A stretch of DNA of 59,090 nt, filler included, from Sphacelaria rigidula (taxonomy: Eukaryota), in assembly GCA_964200075.2 (NCBI GenBank). It is 8 parts of 8 records of this genome, joined end to end, with 100 filler letters (N's around TTAATTAATTAA, not from the genome) between each part and the next. Parts side by side here need not be neighbours in the genome. Positions count along the whole stretch, not along the records: positions 36,996 to 44,294 come from CAXNAA020015564.1; positions 44,395 to 51,692 come from CAXNAA020015565.1; 6 more parts are not named here. The stretch is one strand, 5' to 3'. Below, in pieces: positions 39,471 through 51,412 of this stretch. The notes beneath the pieces are model-generated. The model did no database searches. It had not been told where the DNA came from and worked only from the letters and a program-made list of their open reading frames with translations. The stretch's first letter is position 1, and each line of letters opens with the position of its first letter. The position numbers were made by a program, and so were the translations under genes.

Positions 39471-40047
39471 TCCCCTCCCCACCCCCCCACCGACGGATGC
39501 CAGACTGTTCAAGTTCATGGTGCTAGGGACAGCACCTGTTTCCGTCGTTGGCAAGCTCTCGTTGACATCTTTGCACGAAACACGCGCAAGCTCTTGTTGT
39601 TCGTATTATTAGCAGTGTAGGTGCTGCCCCTCCCGACAAGAGTGGGGCATATGCGAATTCGTAAAAAAAAACAAGACGATACTGTACATATATTAGTTTT
39701 TGTAAACCCCGAGAAACCCTATCCATGCTTCTCATCACAACGGGTGCTGTACCCGCATGTATACACATACACTCTCGGGTCCATGTAAACGCCACCTAAT
39801 CACACGCGTATGTCGACTACCCGAAAGTCGTCATGATCCGTCAACACGACGCACAAAAAGTTGCTGTCGTTTGGGTTGAAATATCCTCAAGCCCTTTCTC
39901 TCAATTCTCGCCCCTCCGCCCCCCGCCCCCCTCCCGCTCCCCTCCCCGACAACACGCGCAGCTCTTCCCTACAACAAGCTCTCAGGGGGCAATAAAGGCA
40001 GATAAGCGACCCCCGCAAATCAACAAATTACACAATAGAACAGCACC

Positions 40048-43000
40048 ATGAGTCTGCCACGACCCGGTGGTTACCCCGGAGATAAAAAGACCTCCCATGG
40101 CGGTGGGTTGGGCTATACCGGTAACTACGGTAGCGGCGCCGGTGGCGTCGGAGGGGGGAGCGGGGGTAGCGTCACGACCCCTACCCAACAGAGCGCCTTT
40201 GCAGGGTACACACCACCCGCCTCGATACCCACAAACCCCTACAACAATGCGGGCCAACCCTCGGGAAACGCAAGAACCGGTCCGGGTGGATATTCTAGCG
40301 GCGCCGGCCGCGGTTACACGGGCAGTGGATATTCCGGGGGAGGCGGCACCAGCGCCGCAGGCGGCGGGGGATTTGCGGCGCCCGCTCCGGGCGGGGCATT
40401 GGGTAGCGGGGTAAATCAATACGGGTTTTCCACAAGCACAGGAGGTATCGGAGGTGGAGGGATGGCGCCGCTTGGGTCAAATATGGGGGCGAGCGCGGGA
40501 GCAGGTGCAGGTGGAGGGGAAGGCGGGCGAGCGGGGGTCGGGGGACCGGCAGGACAGCCGTTAGATTGGCATCAGTGGGCTCCGGAGGGGGTAAATGTTC
40601 AGGTACTAAATCATTTTTCATTTTCCTTGGGTCGGTATTGTGTTCATGTTTTATTTTGTTTTCATGTATTTACTTCTCGACTCAGGTAAGATCCCGAACG
40701 AAACTGAACATATATATATATATATATATTGTTTGTTTGATCATATCTTGTATTTTTGTCGAGACCGTTGCACGAGCTGGGCGGGCCGGCCTAGACGCGA
40801 ATTTGTGGTTTGCAGACCCCGCCTCACCTGAATCTTGAGAGTTGTACAAACAAAAAAAACTTACCGCCCCGAATGCCTTTTTTTTAATTATGCCCTATCC
40901 ATTCTCCGTACCACATTTGGAAGTCCAACTCTCAAAATTGAGCTGAGGCGGGGCGATTTAGACACGGGGCTGGGTGGAATTCGGGATAGCATTTTCCAGG
41001 CATTTACTGTCCCAGGTTTGATCCTTGTGTTTGACACTTTGTATGGGACTTTGCTAGGCCATAATGAACCAAAAAATGTGGTAAATGCTGATTTTTTTCA
41101 TTTGTTTACGTCCTTTTAGTGCAGTAAAGACCATATTTTCACGAGAACGCCCATACCTCTCTCAAAAATATGAGGAAGGCCCTTTGAGTTTCAAATCACA
41201 ATTCTAAAAATTGAGCTCAGAAACTGAGATAAGGTCCGAGAGCATTGTCCATTTTTACTTAAAATTCCCCTAAAAAACCGAGGGTCTACACGTTACACGT
41301 TCACGTTCACGTTACGGTCATCCCGTTTGTAAATTTCACATTCACGTTATTTCTCGTTTCGCACTTTGAAGAAAATAACGCTACGTTAACATTTAACTTC
41401 AAAATTTCACGTTACGTTCGCGTTACGTTCATCATGTAATAAAAATTAACGGTACGTTTCGTTACACGTAACATATTATGAAACGTTTCACGGACTGTGT
41501 TACTTCTAATGTAATGTTCCGTTGACACATGTAACGTTCGAATGTAACGTTTCATTCTGTGCATGTCGCGGCTCGTTCACCAGTGTTTGAGGCGTTGGAA
41601 CATGTCTTGCAACGCGTGTTGTTACCGTGTACGTGACGCTGACGGTGGCCCGTCGTACGTTTGAGCGGGGGCGCATCATCTGATTGTGTAGCGTTACTTT
41701 CTCTACGATGTATCATTCATTCGTTTTTTGACCGTGATATTTTCATATATCCTCTTTTTTTTTTCCATATTTTTGTTTGCAATTTTCAATCTTCAAACAC
41801 TTGGTCATTCGTGAACATGATTGAACGCCGGCTTGAGTCGTCCCGGCATTTCGCAGACAAAACTATGTGGGGTACCCTAGGTTCTATATATGTATACATG
41901 TTTACATGGACAAGTCAAATAGTTCATCATGGCCGTCAAAAGCAGGCGTACGTATGTATGCATGTGTTGGAGGTTTACACCGGGGTCCAGGCAATCAATG
42001 CATTTGTCTAGCGGATTTTTTTTTCCCCCCCATGTGGGGTAAATAAAAATCCATTCACACTTTTTGTTATGACCAATCTTGCGTCGTTTTTTTTTTTTTA
42101 ATTCGGGAGTCCACTTTTTTTTTCAATCTAAGACGGTTACGGGTGTTAGCAAACAAAGTAGAGCCTGCACGTGTACCGAAGTGCAGGCAGAAGTCGTATC
42201 CTTTGCGTCTGCACGCATTGCCATCTACGTGCATTTACACGCAGCCTTGAACCTTACAGTCAAGACGGTGTAGAACTAAAGACATTGCCGACATCACCGT
42301 TGCCAAATGCGAGCCTGCCTCCCGTTGTCGCGAACAAATGATTGACTAACTCGTACTGTAATGCTGTGTGTGCAAAGTACAGGGTGTCTGTATCCTTGTA
42401 CTACTATTGTCTGTTGTATTTCCAAAGTGCAGCAACCACCTCGCACTGTACTGTGTTCGCAAGTACAGCCTGTACTAGTAACCTTCACTGCAATACTGTG
42501 TTCGCGAGTACAGCCTGTACTTGTAACCTTGCACTACTGTGCTTGCAGAGTACAGCCTGTAGTCGGAAATACAGTAGTACAAGGTCATAAGTACAGCCTG
42601 CAATTGTACAGTGTTTGTGTACATCCTAAGCTTTTAACCTCGTCCTGTTGTGAAAATACACGACCTGTGCTTGTACCGTTGTATAGTGGTTACTTTGTCT
42701 TTTAGGATTTCAAAATTGATTGCAAACATGACGTGTGCACCGCTTCGTGTAACGTGTTTATGACGCTTCATGTAACGTGTAACGTCTAGTGCACGTGTAA
42801 CGTGTAATAGACATGACACGTTCCATGAAACGTTTTATGTTACATGTTTTGAACGTTTGGGAAATTTAACGTTCACGTTCCGTTCCGTTTGGCACTTAAA
42901 AAAAAATTATCGTAACGTTAACATTTCACTTGAATGTTTAACGTTACGTTCACGTTACGTTTCGGCCAAAAAACAACGTGTAAGATTGTGGCACGTGTAA

Positions 43001-43489
43001 TGTGTAGACCCATGAAAATCGTCATCACCCGCTGTATATATTGTTCGGCGTTTTACATAGACTTCAGTGTAGACGCTATCTCCGAATGGTGTAGGAATTA
43101 CTAGACATGTGGTTTAATCAATGAGAAAAAATTGGCCCAGACTTTTGAGCAGATGGGCACCTTCCTCTTGATCAGACGGTTTTACAATACACGGATCACG
43201 GCCCAACTCGTCCGTGTCGATGAGATATTGCTTTAAGAGCTCAAGTCTGCGTCAGGCCGACCCAGCTCGTGTTGTTCTCTGTTTTTCTGTTTTTGTTTTT
43301 TGTTTCTTGTTAAGCCTTTTAAAATATTGTAAACACATACACACACACACACACATACACATGTGCACATGCGCGGGCACGACGCAGATGGTGAAGGCGG
43401 TCGGGGGTACGGTGGCGAGGAACTTCAATGTGGCCCAGTATCAGCCGCGCATGTCGGGCGTGTGGAACACCTTCAAGGCCTACTTTGCG
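40048..43489 (+). CDS. YIF1: Probable YIF1 (ER-Golgi Yip1-interacting factor), exons 1-2; remainder not in the contig
   Basis: Exon 40048-40602 (185 codons, Gly-rich, ends CAG|GT) joins in phase 0 to exon 43388-43489, MVKAVGGTVARNFNVAQYQPRMSGVWNTFKAYFA|GTGAG, which matches the Yif1 LKxYFAV start motif. The TM part is missing, so the family call rests on one short motif. Confidence 0.6.
40771..43271. mobile_element. Non-autonomous CACTA/CMC-like element in the YIF1 intron
   Basis: TIRs CACGAGCTGGG...CCCAGCTCGTG; 3-bp duplication TTG (40768-40770, 43272-43274); related termini at 51619 and 58861-58871. Confidence 0.75.
41282..43014. mobile_element. hAT-like non-autonomous element nested in 40771-43271
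   Basis: TIRs GGGTCTACACGTTACACGT and (rc) CATGGGTCTACACATTACACGT; flanks AAAACCGA and AAAATCGT (6/8); dense GTTACGTTCAC subterminal arrays; internal TACAG-rich tract at 42350-42620. Confidence 0.7.
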
Positions 43490-45262
43490 GTGAGATTTGA
43501 GGATATGGAGAAGGAACTTCATTTGGCGGGCCGTGTTTACTCCGATGGCCGTTTTGCGTGCTGTTCGATGCAGTAAAGATTTGTCCCACTTCGGCTACAT
43601 ACAATCTTCCCTTTGTTGATATTACTTGGTTCGACCATGGACACTGAGATTCGGATCTTTAGTAAGACTGACAGTCCCATGTGCTTCATCGCGTGCGCCG
43701 AACACGTTCTTGTCCAGGTTCGCATCGGAGGCTCCGATTTGCGGTATGTCAAAGCACACTTTGCTCAGGGCACCTTTTACACCCCCCCCCCCCCCCCCTT
43801 GCCCGAGGGTTCTTGGGGTGCCTCGGTCTGGGGTCCGGGTGGGGGGTGGGGGTTTNNNNNNNNNNTCTTTTCCGGGTTCCCCCTGGGGGGCCCGGTTTTG
43901 GGTTGGTCAAACCCCCCTTTCCCCGGGGCCCCTTTTCCCCCCCCCCCCCCCCCCCCTCTTGCCCGAGGGTTCTTGGTGTGCCTCGGGTTGGGGTCGAGGT
44001 CGGGGTTGGGGTTTTAGTGTTTATTTCTAAAAAACATGTCAACCATGGATAGACCTTCGCGGAAGTGTGATAGACCCAAGTCGTTCGTTGGCAGAAGAGT
44101 ATACGTGGGTTACAGAATATTTAGTATTTCCTTTGTCCGAAAAATAAAATTCAACAAACCATCCAACCATCCGTTCCCAACCAACCAACCAACCACCTGA
44201 TTATTTATTTATTTATTTGTTTTCCTCACACTTTCAGCCCCTCCCCTTCCTCGGGATGAGTCCGTGGTCTCAAGGGATCAACCCATCTCTCTCCNNNNNN
44301 NNNNNNNNNNNNNNNNNNNNNNNNNNNNNNNNNNNNNNTTAATTAATTAANNNNNNNNNNNNNNNNNNNNNNNNNNNNNNNNNNNNNNNNNNNNATGACA
44401 GCTGCAGAGTTGCCATGAGCCCTCACTCTCTCTCTCGCTCAGCATCTGATCCCCCAGTCATAGGGTCAACTCAGTCTAGGCACTCTCCAATAATACAAAA
44501 AGACAAAACTATCTATCCTTCGCCACGGGCCACGGAATACACCGCTAGTGTGCCAAGTCGTCTGGCTCACGTATGAACCCTTCTTCTCGTGGAATCCAAC
44601 ATTCCTCTCTCTATCGTAGCATAACTCCACCACAAACTTTTACGTGGCGGCGGCCAGCAACATAGAAACAACCAAGTTCGCACAAATTCGATGAGAGTGA
44701 TGCTACGATAGGGGTACACAAATATTGCGAAAAAAGTGCACCCCTATCGTAGCCTTGCTTATGACTGCACGTCATAAGCATTGTCGTTTACATCAAAAGT
44801 CATCATATTCCAGATTAAGATCTCGGGTGGCAAGCGGAGTCAAAACCGACGAGTCAGGGCGAAAGACAGTAAAGTGCTACTCAGGCGCTTGTTTCACCCC
44901 TGTGTCGTGGCGTAATGCTTGCTCAGATTGGTGGACCAGTGTTTAAGCACCACTCAGTACCACGACTGGTACGCGACACATCAGCAGCGATGGCAAATCT
45001 TGGCTACCCTGTTCGAGCGAAAATCGGCTTCGATACAAGAATCACCGAGCCGCGTTGTTCCTTTCACGAAGCTGCCGGCTGCCGAGCGCGATCTACGTGC
45101 GGCCGGAAGTAGCGTCTGCACATAACCCAACACGCAAAGCGGTCCCACATTCAGGAGAGGGAACTGCAGGTCTCACGAAATGCGATCACGTAACTGTACT
45201 TTTTACGTACAGAGAGAGTCGTAGCGCCCGCGTCGTGATCTTACGAATACATGAACCGTGAT

Positions 45263-46282
45263 CTAAATTCCATGCAGCTCTTTCTGCTCGTTGAAGACGG
45301 CCACCGCATGGTCGTATATGAGCAAGTCAAGATTAATGTACTTCTTGATTTCTGCGTTGGTCCACGCCTCGGCCAGGGCCGCCTCTTCTTCCGCCTTGTA
45401 CTGCTCATCCACGTTCGCACGACCGCGTGCTTCAAATTTACTGTGCCAGTCTAAATCCGGCATTTCTAGTGCACGGTTAAATAGCTCGAGCGTATCATGA
45501 AAGCTTTCCAGGATGCCCACGGCTGCGAAGTTGTCTCGCAGCAAATCACGTACCGGCTGCAGCATATTTTGCATAGCCCTACCCTCCGGCAGCGATTCGT
45601 TTTCGTCACCAACCGGAGAATCGAGCGCGGTTCCCTCCGTCTCTAGATATCTTTTTAAGATGTACCATCCCGGGTCTCTCATCCTCCTCTTGCTCTTAAA
45701 CTTGTAAACATCGACCTGATTGACCATACCAAGCACAAGCTGTCTCATGGCAAAGTTCCCCCAGTGCTTCGCGAATGTCACCAAATCTGTTCCTTTCGCT
45801 TTCAGATGCCCTGACGCGCAAATCGGATCTTTCGGGGCCTTTTGGCAGAAAAAATATGCGGACACCAATCGCGACACCGGGTGTCGAAAGGTGATAAACC
45901 ACTTGCACTGATCGCCGACGTAGGATCTCAAGGCTTCCGTGTATCCTCCTTGGACCACGTCCCACCTATCTCCCTGCAGTAGGTGCTGCACGTACTCTGA
46001 GGTGAACGCTTTGCCCATGGTCCATTGCCAAGAGTCATAGACTTTGGTTCTTTTACGCCAACGATTGGCGACAATGCCCTTGATCGTACTCCCGCCACAC
46101 TTCTGCAAATGCGTGAATATCCAGCATTGGTGGACAACGACGTCTCCATTGACTAGAGCCCGGCTGGTCCCGTTCCCGGTTGCCGACGCTAGAAATTGAG
46201 ATCCCCTAGCATTACCACACACAAAGAGCAGGAGGCTGCACACCAAGAAGATCGTTCGAGCCGTACTTCTCAATGACGTCAT
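45263..46282 (-). CDS. Carbohydrate sulfotransferase (Sulfotransfer_2 / galactose-3-O-sulfotransferase-like), 339 aa, single coding exon
   Basis: N-terminal hydrophobic signal or anchor IFLVCSLLLFVCG; 5'-PSB motif FTHLQKCGGST; 3'-PB motif TFRHPVSRLVSAYFF; VGILE and NLDLLIYDHA C-terminal motifs; uninterrupted ORF. Confidence 0.88.
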   Translation of the reverse strand: MTSLRSTARTIFLVCSLLLFVCGNARGSQFLASATGNGTSRALVNGDVVVHQCWIFTHLQKCGGSTIKGIVANRWRKRTKVYDSWQWTMGKAFTSEYVQHLLQGDRWDVVQGGYTEALRSYVGDQCKWFITFRHPVSRLVSAYFFCQKAPKDPICASGHLKAKGTDLVTFAKHWGNFAMRQLVLGMVNQVDVYKFKSKRRMRDPGWYILKRYLETEGTALDSPVGDENESLPEGRAMQNMLQPVRDLLRDNFAAVGILESFHDTLELFNRALEMPDLDWHSKFEARGRANVDEQYKAEEEAALAEAWTNAEIKKYINLDLLIYDHAVAVFNEQKELHGI

Positions 46283-48864
46283 GTCGTCCTGCCTGTGAAT
46301 GCCTCCTTGTCTGCAGCGGAAGCAGCGAAAACATGGAACGAAGAAAAAGAAAAACACCCATGTCAGCGGCCGCGCAAAAATTAAGCCAGTTTCGAGTAGG
46401 GCAAAACAGCGTCACACACGTGACTTGACGAGACGTGAAGTTCACGACCGTATGTATATTCTTGACAAAAAGTGTTTGATTGAAAGGGTAAAATCTTTGC
46501 GATCGACAAGCAGTCATCGCGGTTCTCGGTACAACAATGACCAGAAACGTTCTTACGACTGCACTACATAGTATGGATACCAACTGGACATACATGCTGT
46601 TGGTCAACATTCGCTGACGACTACATGTTCGCACACGGTCCCGGCGGTGTATCGAAAGTACGTTCTTTGCGTGATCAAGTCTGCGGCTGTCGCTCTCCTA
46701 TCCACCTTTTTATTTTCGAGCTGTAACGGTGTTCTCTAGAACGCATCTCGATGAAGTGTAAAACCTCGAGACAACGTGCTTGAAGTGCCGTCCGGCTTTC
46801 CTGCTACATCTTGATGTCTACAATATCGTCGCGAATTGCTGAGCAAGCAGGCACGATATACTGAAAGTCATATGCCAACCATGCGCATACGTCAGAATTT
46901 GACTACTACAGTATTCAAACATCGCGTCAAAGAGGGAAGGTTCCAATCGGAATTTTTACTGCAACTGCACGTTATAAGCAGCTCTCATAGTTCGAACAAA
47001 TTTCATGGAATTGAAACGAATCCCAAAAGCGGAGAGAAAGCACTGCCTTTTCATTCAGTCAGATGTAAGAAAAAACGATGCAACTCATTCGTCAAACAAC
47101 TCTGTTCGAGTGACTCAGATACACCCAGCCATACTGGATCTACGTAGAACAGGGCTTCGGGGTAGTGTACGAGTACTGACAGTCAAGTGTGTCCGAATGT
47201 GGTACGGGTGCAGCTGCTGGGGCACACCCATCAACCCCCTAGCCGCTCACTCTTCGGCTTCCCCCCTCTCTTCCACACTCTACCGAGTTATAGCATTACT
47301 TGGGTGCTCTCTAACAAGAGATATACCCGGTGCCTGAGCCAAGAAATACCCTAGTGATCAATCGATTGGGCAAGTATGGCCGGTAATGATGTACTGTTTG
47401 CTCTTCTGTAGAGAGGACAGATGGACTGGTAGGTCTACTTGAGAACACGATGAGCCAGTTTAGAGTCAATTTGGTACATTGACTAATCTGGTTAGGAACG
47501 TACAGTCCAAACAAAATGTGTTGCAAGGTAGAGTTGATGCCATTGAAGATCACGAGTTCGATGACGCGCGGTGGAGCGGCGTCATCGAGAGCGACGCGTC
47601 TCCTGGAAGAGGTCGAGCAACACAAGACCACCTGGCTAATAGCTTGGCCAACACCAGCACATCTCAAGGCCGACGACGCAGCCGCGATGGCGAGCAGGGA
47701 GCTCCGAGCAGGAGCGACCACAGGACCAGAGACGACGGAGCAAGAGGTATTGACTCCGCACGTGAGTCCGTCGCTGTGTACGGTCATGATCGACCGAATG
47801 CGCAAACCTTTTTGGCCGTACCAGTTTTCAAGGTTCATGTCGCAAAATGTTCTGGAAAGAGTTCGGAATTCTCCCAGTACAACCACAAGCGATCCCGACG
47901 CCCGGCGGAGCGATGGATGTCCACATCGAAGGAGGGCCGGCCGGCAGCGAGTCCGTGGAGCGAACCCCAGCCGCGGGTGCTTCATCACGCGGTTCTCGTC
48001 GCGTGTTGTTCTTGCTACCCAATTCCGATGGGAGGGCAGACGACACCACACCGCGAAGCCCCCCGCTGATGGTAGGGGGGGTGACATAACTCCGTCGTCT
48101 CATCGCAAAGGCGGGGAATGCGGTGGGGAGTTACGGAACCCCGTTCAAGATCCCATCGATGATCGGGGCTCGGTGCCGTGTACACCGCCGCCGTCGGTGG
48201 CGCCGACAGCACCACCGTGCACGCTGACAGCAGCAGCGCCGACAACACCACCATTCACGCCGACAGGAGCAGCGCTGACAACTCCACCATTCACGCCGAC
48301 AGCAGCGACGCCAACACCATCGGAACAGCCATTAGCATCGCCGAAATCACATCCACCTGCGATCTCACCATCAACTACCCCGTCAACATTGCCGCCGACA
48401 ACCGTAGATACCCCCGAGCACAACGATGGGGGGGAGCGGTAAAGCTCTCGAGCTCCCAAGGACGGAGCTATGCCGTCTTGCACTCGACAATAAGTTGTTT
48501 CTGCCTCCGCAAATGGCAGCCTGCACGCACAGTGCGACGAGGGCGGCAGCTCATCGGGAAGAGCTAGCATCGATGATAGGAGAGCTGGAGGAAATCCTGG
48601 CGTGGCAAAAAGAGGAACGCATTTTCCGCGTGATGGCGAGGGCTGAAGCGGAAACCGTGCTGTATGGAATGGCGGAGGATAGATGCGGAATGACGGACCT
48701 GATCACTGCAGCAGCCGGATCAGAGATGGGAGGCAGCGCGGCCATGATGATCGAGGAGACTTTCGCAGAGCAAGAGTATTTTCATTTTTTCGGCGGGAAA
48801 CAAGATAGAGGGAGAGCCCAGCTTTGGTTTGCGTCCCCCCATTGGTCTTCACGTGAAACATGTA

Positions 48865-50868
48865 AAGAGCCCCCCTCGTAACCGTAGAAGATGTGAAAAA
48901 GTCAGAGTACAAATAAATATGGCTGAGTGCTATGCATGCAGAGCTGAATGGGCATGGAACCGCCGGTACATTTTCAAGTGATGAAATCCCCAAAGGAGTA
49001 AATGCCAATACAGCAAAATGGGTGTTCAGTTGTAAAACTGACGCTGACGGTCCAATCACCAAGGCGAAGGCGAGACCTGCATGCAGCGCGTGGATTTGGC
49101 CAGAGATTCACTATCGACTACTTCGAGACATTTGCAGCTACTCTAGCCATGACATCAATAAAATTGGTCACGGCCGTGGCAGTATAGGAAGGATGGCTAC
49201 TGTATCATTTCGACATTACCCAGGCTTTCGTACGAGCAAAAATAGATACGAATGTGTTCATCAAGCTCCCAGACAGGTGTGGCCCCTTAACGGGTAGTAC
49301 AGACTCGAAAGATCCATTTATGGCTTCAGGCAAGCAGGGAGGCAATGGTCCCTCCTCCTGAACAAATCTCTGATGGAGGAGGCAAGGATGTCGCAGAGAG
49401 AAGCTGACCCGTGTGTATACAAGCAGGAGAAAACGGGACGGGAAATGTATATGTCATACTAGTTGTGCATGTAGACAACATTTTGATTCGTGGTGAAACA
49501 AAAAGAGTAGAGAAAGTCTGTGATATCCTCAACAAAAGATTCCCTTTAAACAACCTAGGTGAAGTCCAGTGGTATGTGGGGTGTGTAAAATAAGAGGACT
49601 GGAAAATAGGCACCATGTACGTGAACCAGACGACTTACATTGACACCCTGTTGAAGCGATTCGAAGTTACGGATTTTTTTGTCACTCCTGCCTCAGTATC
49701 AGCAGACCTAGGACCGGTCAACCAGGGAGACACGGTGGTGGATAGGCCATACCGGAGTGCAGTAGGGAGACTGATGTGGTTGGCTGGAGTGACCAGGCCT
49801 GATATAGCCAACGCTGCCCGGGACCTGCCCCGACAATCCCATGACTCATGAAAGACACTGGCGAGGAGTGTTGAAAGTCTTAGCTTACCTGGATACGCCT
49901 AGAAACGACGATCTGGCGTTCAGTTCGGGAGAGATTGTGCTTTCAGCGTACTGCGATGCTGACTACGCGAAGAAAAGACAGATAGCCGATCAGTTTCCGG
50001 GGTAGCGATGGTGTACGGAGGAGTAGTAGCGTCGAGTACTAGCTGAACGCAACACTGCGTTAAACACGGGATCTTACAAATTGGGGATGGATCTTTTATT
50101 GGGAATGAGAAACCCGGCGGATTAAAATCTACGTATCCACACCAAATCTTCGAAATATTGTTTCTTCACCTACTGATAGCTATTGATAACTGCTACACGC
50201 CATAAAAATTTGAATTTCGATCACCGAAGTGTTGGGGTCCAAGGTGAATTTTTGTTTTGGGGGAATTCCGGGTGTCCGAACGGACGCCAAAATGGTTCCG
50301 AAATTGTTTTTCACCTAGGGCCCAACATTTCGGTGATCGAACTCCAAATGTCTGTGGCGTGTTGCAGTTGTCAAGAGCTATCAGTAGGTGAAGAAATGGA
50401 ACAATATTTCGAAGATTTGGTGTGGATACGAAGATTTTCATCCGCCGGGTTTCTCATCCCCAATAAAAGATCCATCCCCAATTTGTAAGATCGCGTGTTG
50501 TTACCATATCAAGCACCGAGGCCGAGTACGTGGCTATGGCTGAAGGGGCAAAGGAGTGTATATTTGTCAGGTCGGTTCTCTTTCTCCTACGACCAAGGAT
50601 TGTTCTGGGATGAGAAGTGGAGTAGGATATTGTTCATGAGGGCAACCAGGGGGCTAAGGCTCTTGCCAACAACCCTTTCAGTTCTGGTCGTAGCACACAC
50701 ATCGACGTGAGGTGACCCTTTATTAAGGACTTGATCAGGACAGGAGCCGTGAGGATAGTAAATGTAGATTTAGAGTGGTAACACGTTGATATTCTTACGA
50801 AACCTCTCCCATTCAAAGTGTTCAAGAGGCATCGACATGCCTTGATAACCATGGGGGACAGCGGGTAG
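48865..50868 (+). pseudogene. pol: Copia reverse transcriptase-RNaseH, with multiple stops and frameshifts
   Basis: KWVF, KAKAR, ARGFGQ, FDITQAF, IYG, DPCVY, VHVDN, PYRSAVGRLMWLA..TRPDIA, YCDADYA, SSTEAEY, HIDVR and DILTK motifs; split by the insertion at 50063-50499. Confidence 0.92.
50063..50499. mobile_element. Foldback element (437 bp) with a 4-bp TSD, inserted in the copia RNaseH
   Basis: Arms of about 200 bp, AACACGGGATCTTACAAATTGGGGATGGATC / GATCCATCCCCAATTTGTAAGATCGCGTGTT; GTTA on both flanks; removing it restores HCVTISSTEAEY. Confidence 0.92.
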
Positions 50869-51412
50869 GCATACATATATAAATATATATATATGGTTGT
50901 ATGCGCAAAAACGGCCTTGTCTATTTTTGAGCACAAGCGTTGGAGTTTGTGTGGAGGGGGTTTTGGCTCGGAAGGTCGAGTTTCCTCCTTATAGTTTTGT
51001 TTTGAGATACCTTCGAGTGCTGTTGTATCGGATCAGGGGGGGTGTTCGAGTTACTCAGATACCATCAGTCATACCGGATCAACGTAGAACAGAGGATCAA
51101 GGGGATGTACGAGTACTGACAGTCAAGTGTGTCCCAATGTGGTACTGGTACAGTAAAGCTGCTGGGGCGCACCCATCGCCCCTAGTCGTTTACTCTTCGG
51201 CTTTTCCCCTCTCTTATCCACTCTCCCGAGTTATAGTAATACTTGGGTGCTCTCTGATAAAATATATGAACCATATACCCTGCGCCTGAGCCAAGGATTG
51301 AACTCTGACTCTTTTTCAAGAAAATTAGTATATAACCGAAGTAAAACGCACCCGTTCATGTTCGGAAGAGAAATTCCCTGCTGGAAACGCTTTTTTACAA
51401 GTTGGAAAAAAT

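Larger units (their letters stand above)
47103..51300 (+). mobile_element. Ty1/copia LTR retrotransposon, decayed, about 4.2 kb, lacking recognisable protease and integrase
   Basis: Diverged direct LTRs 47103-47348 and 51043-51300 starting TGTTCGAG; exact 5-bp TSD AACTC (47098-47102, 51301-51305); PPT AGGGGGGG at 51035-51042. Confidence 0.9.

Noticed and set aside
17346..46282. Functional cluster of ZIP, YIF1 and sulfotransferase (a secretory-pathway theme)
   Set aside because: The genes are on different, artificially joined contigs.
47311..48087. 258-aa antisense ORF inside the copia element
   Set aside because: GC-rich shadow of the + strand ORF with no recognisable motif.
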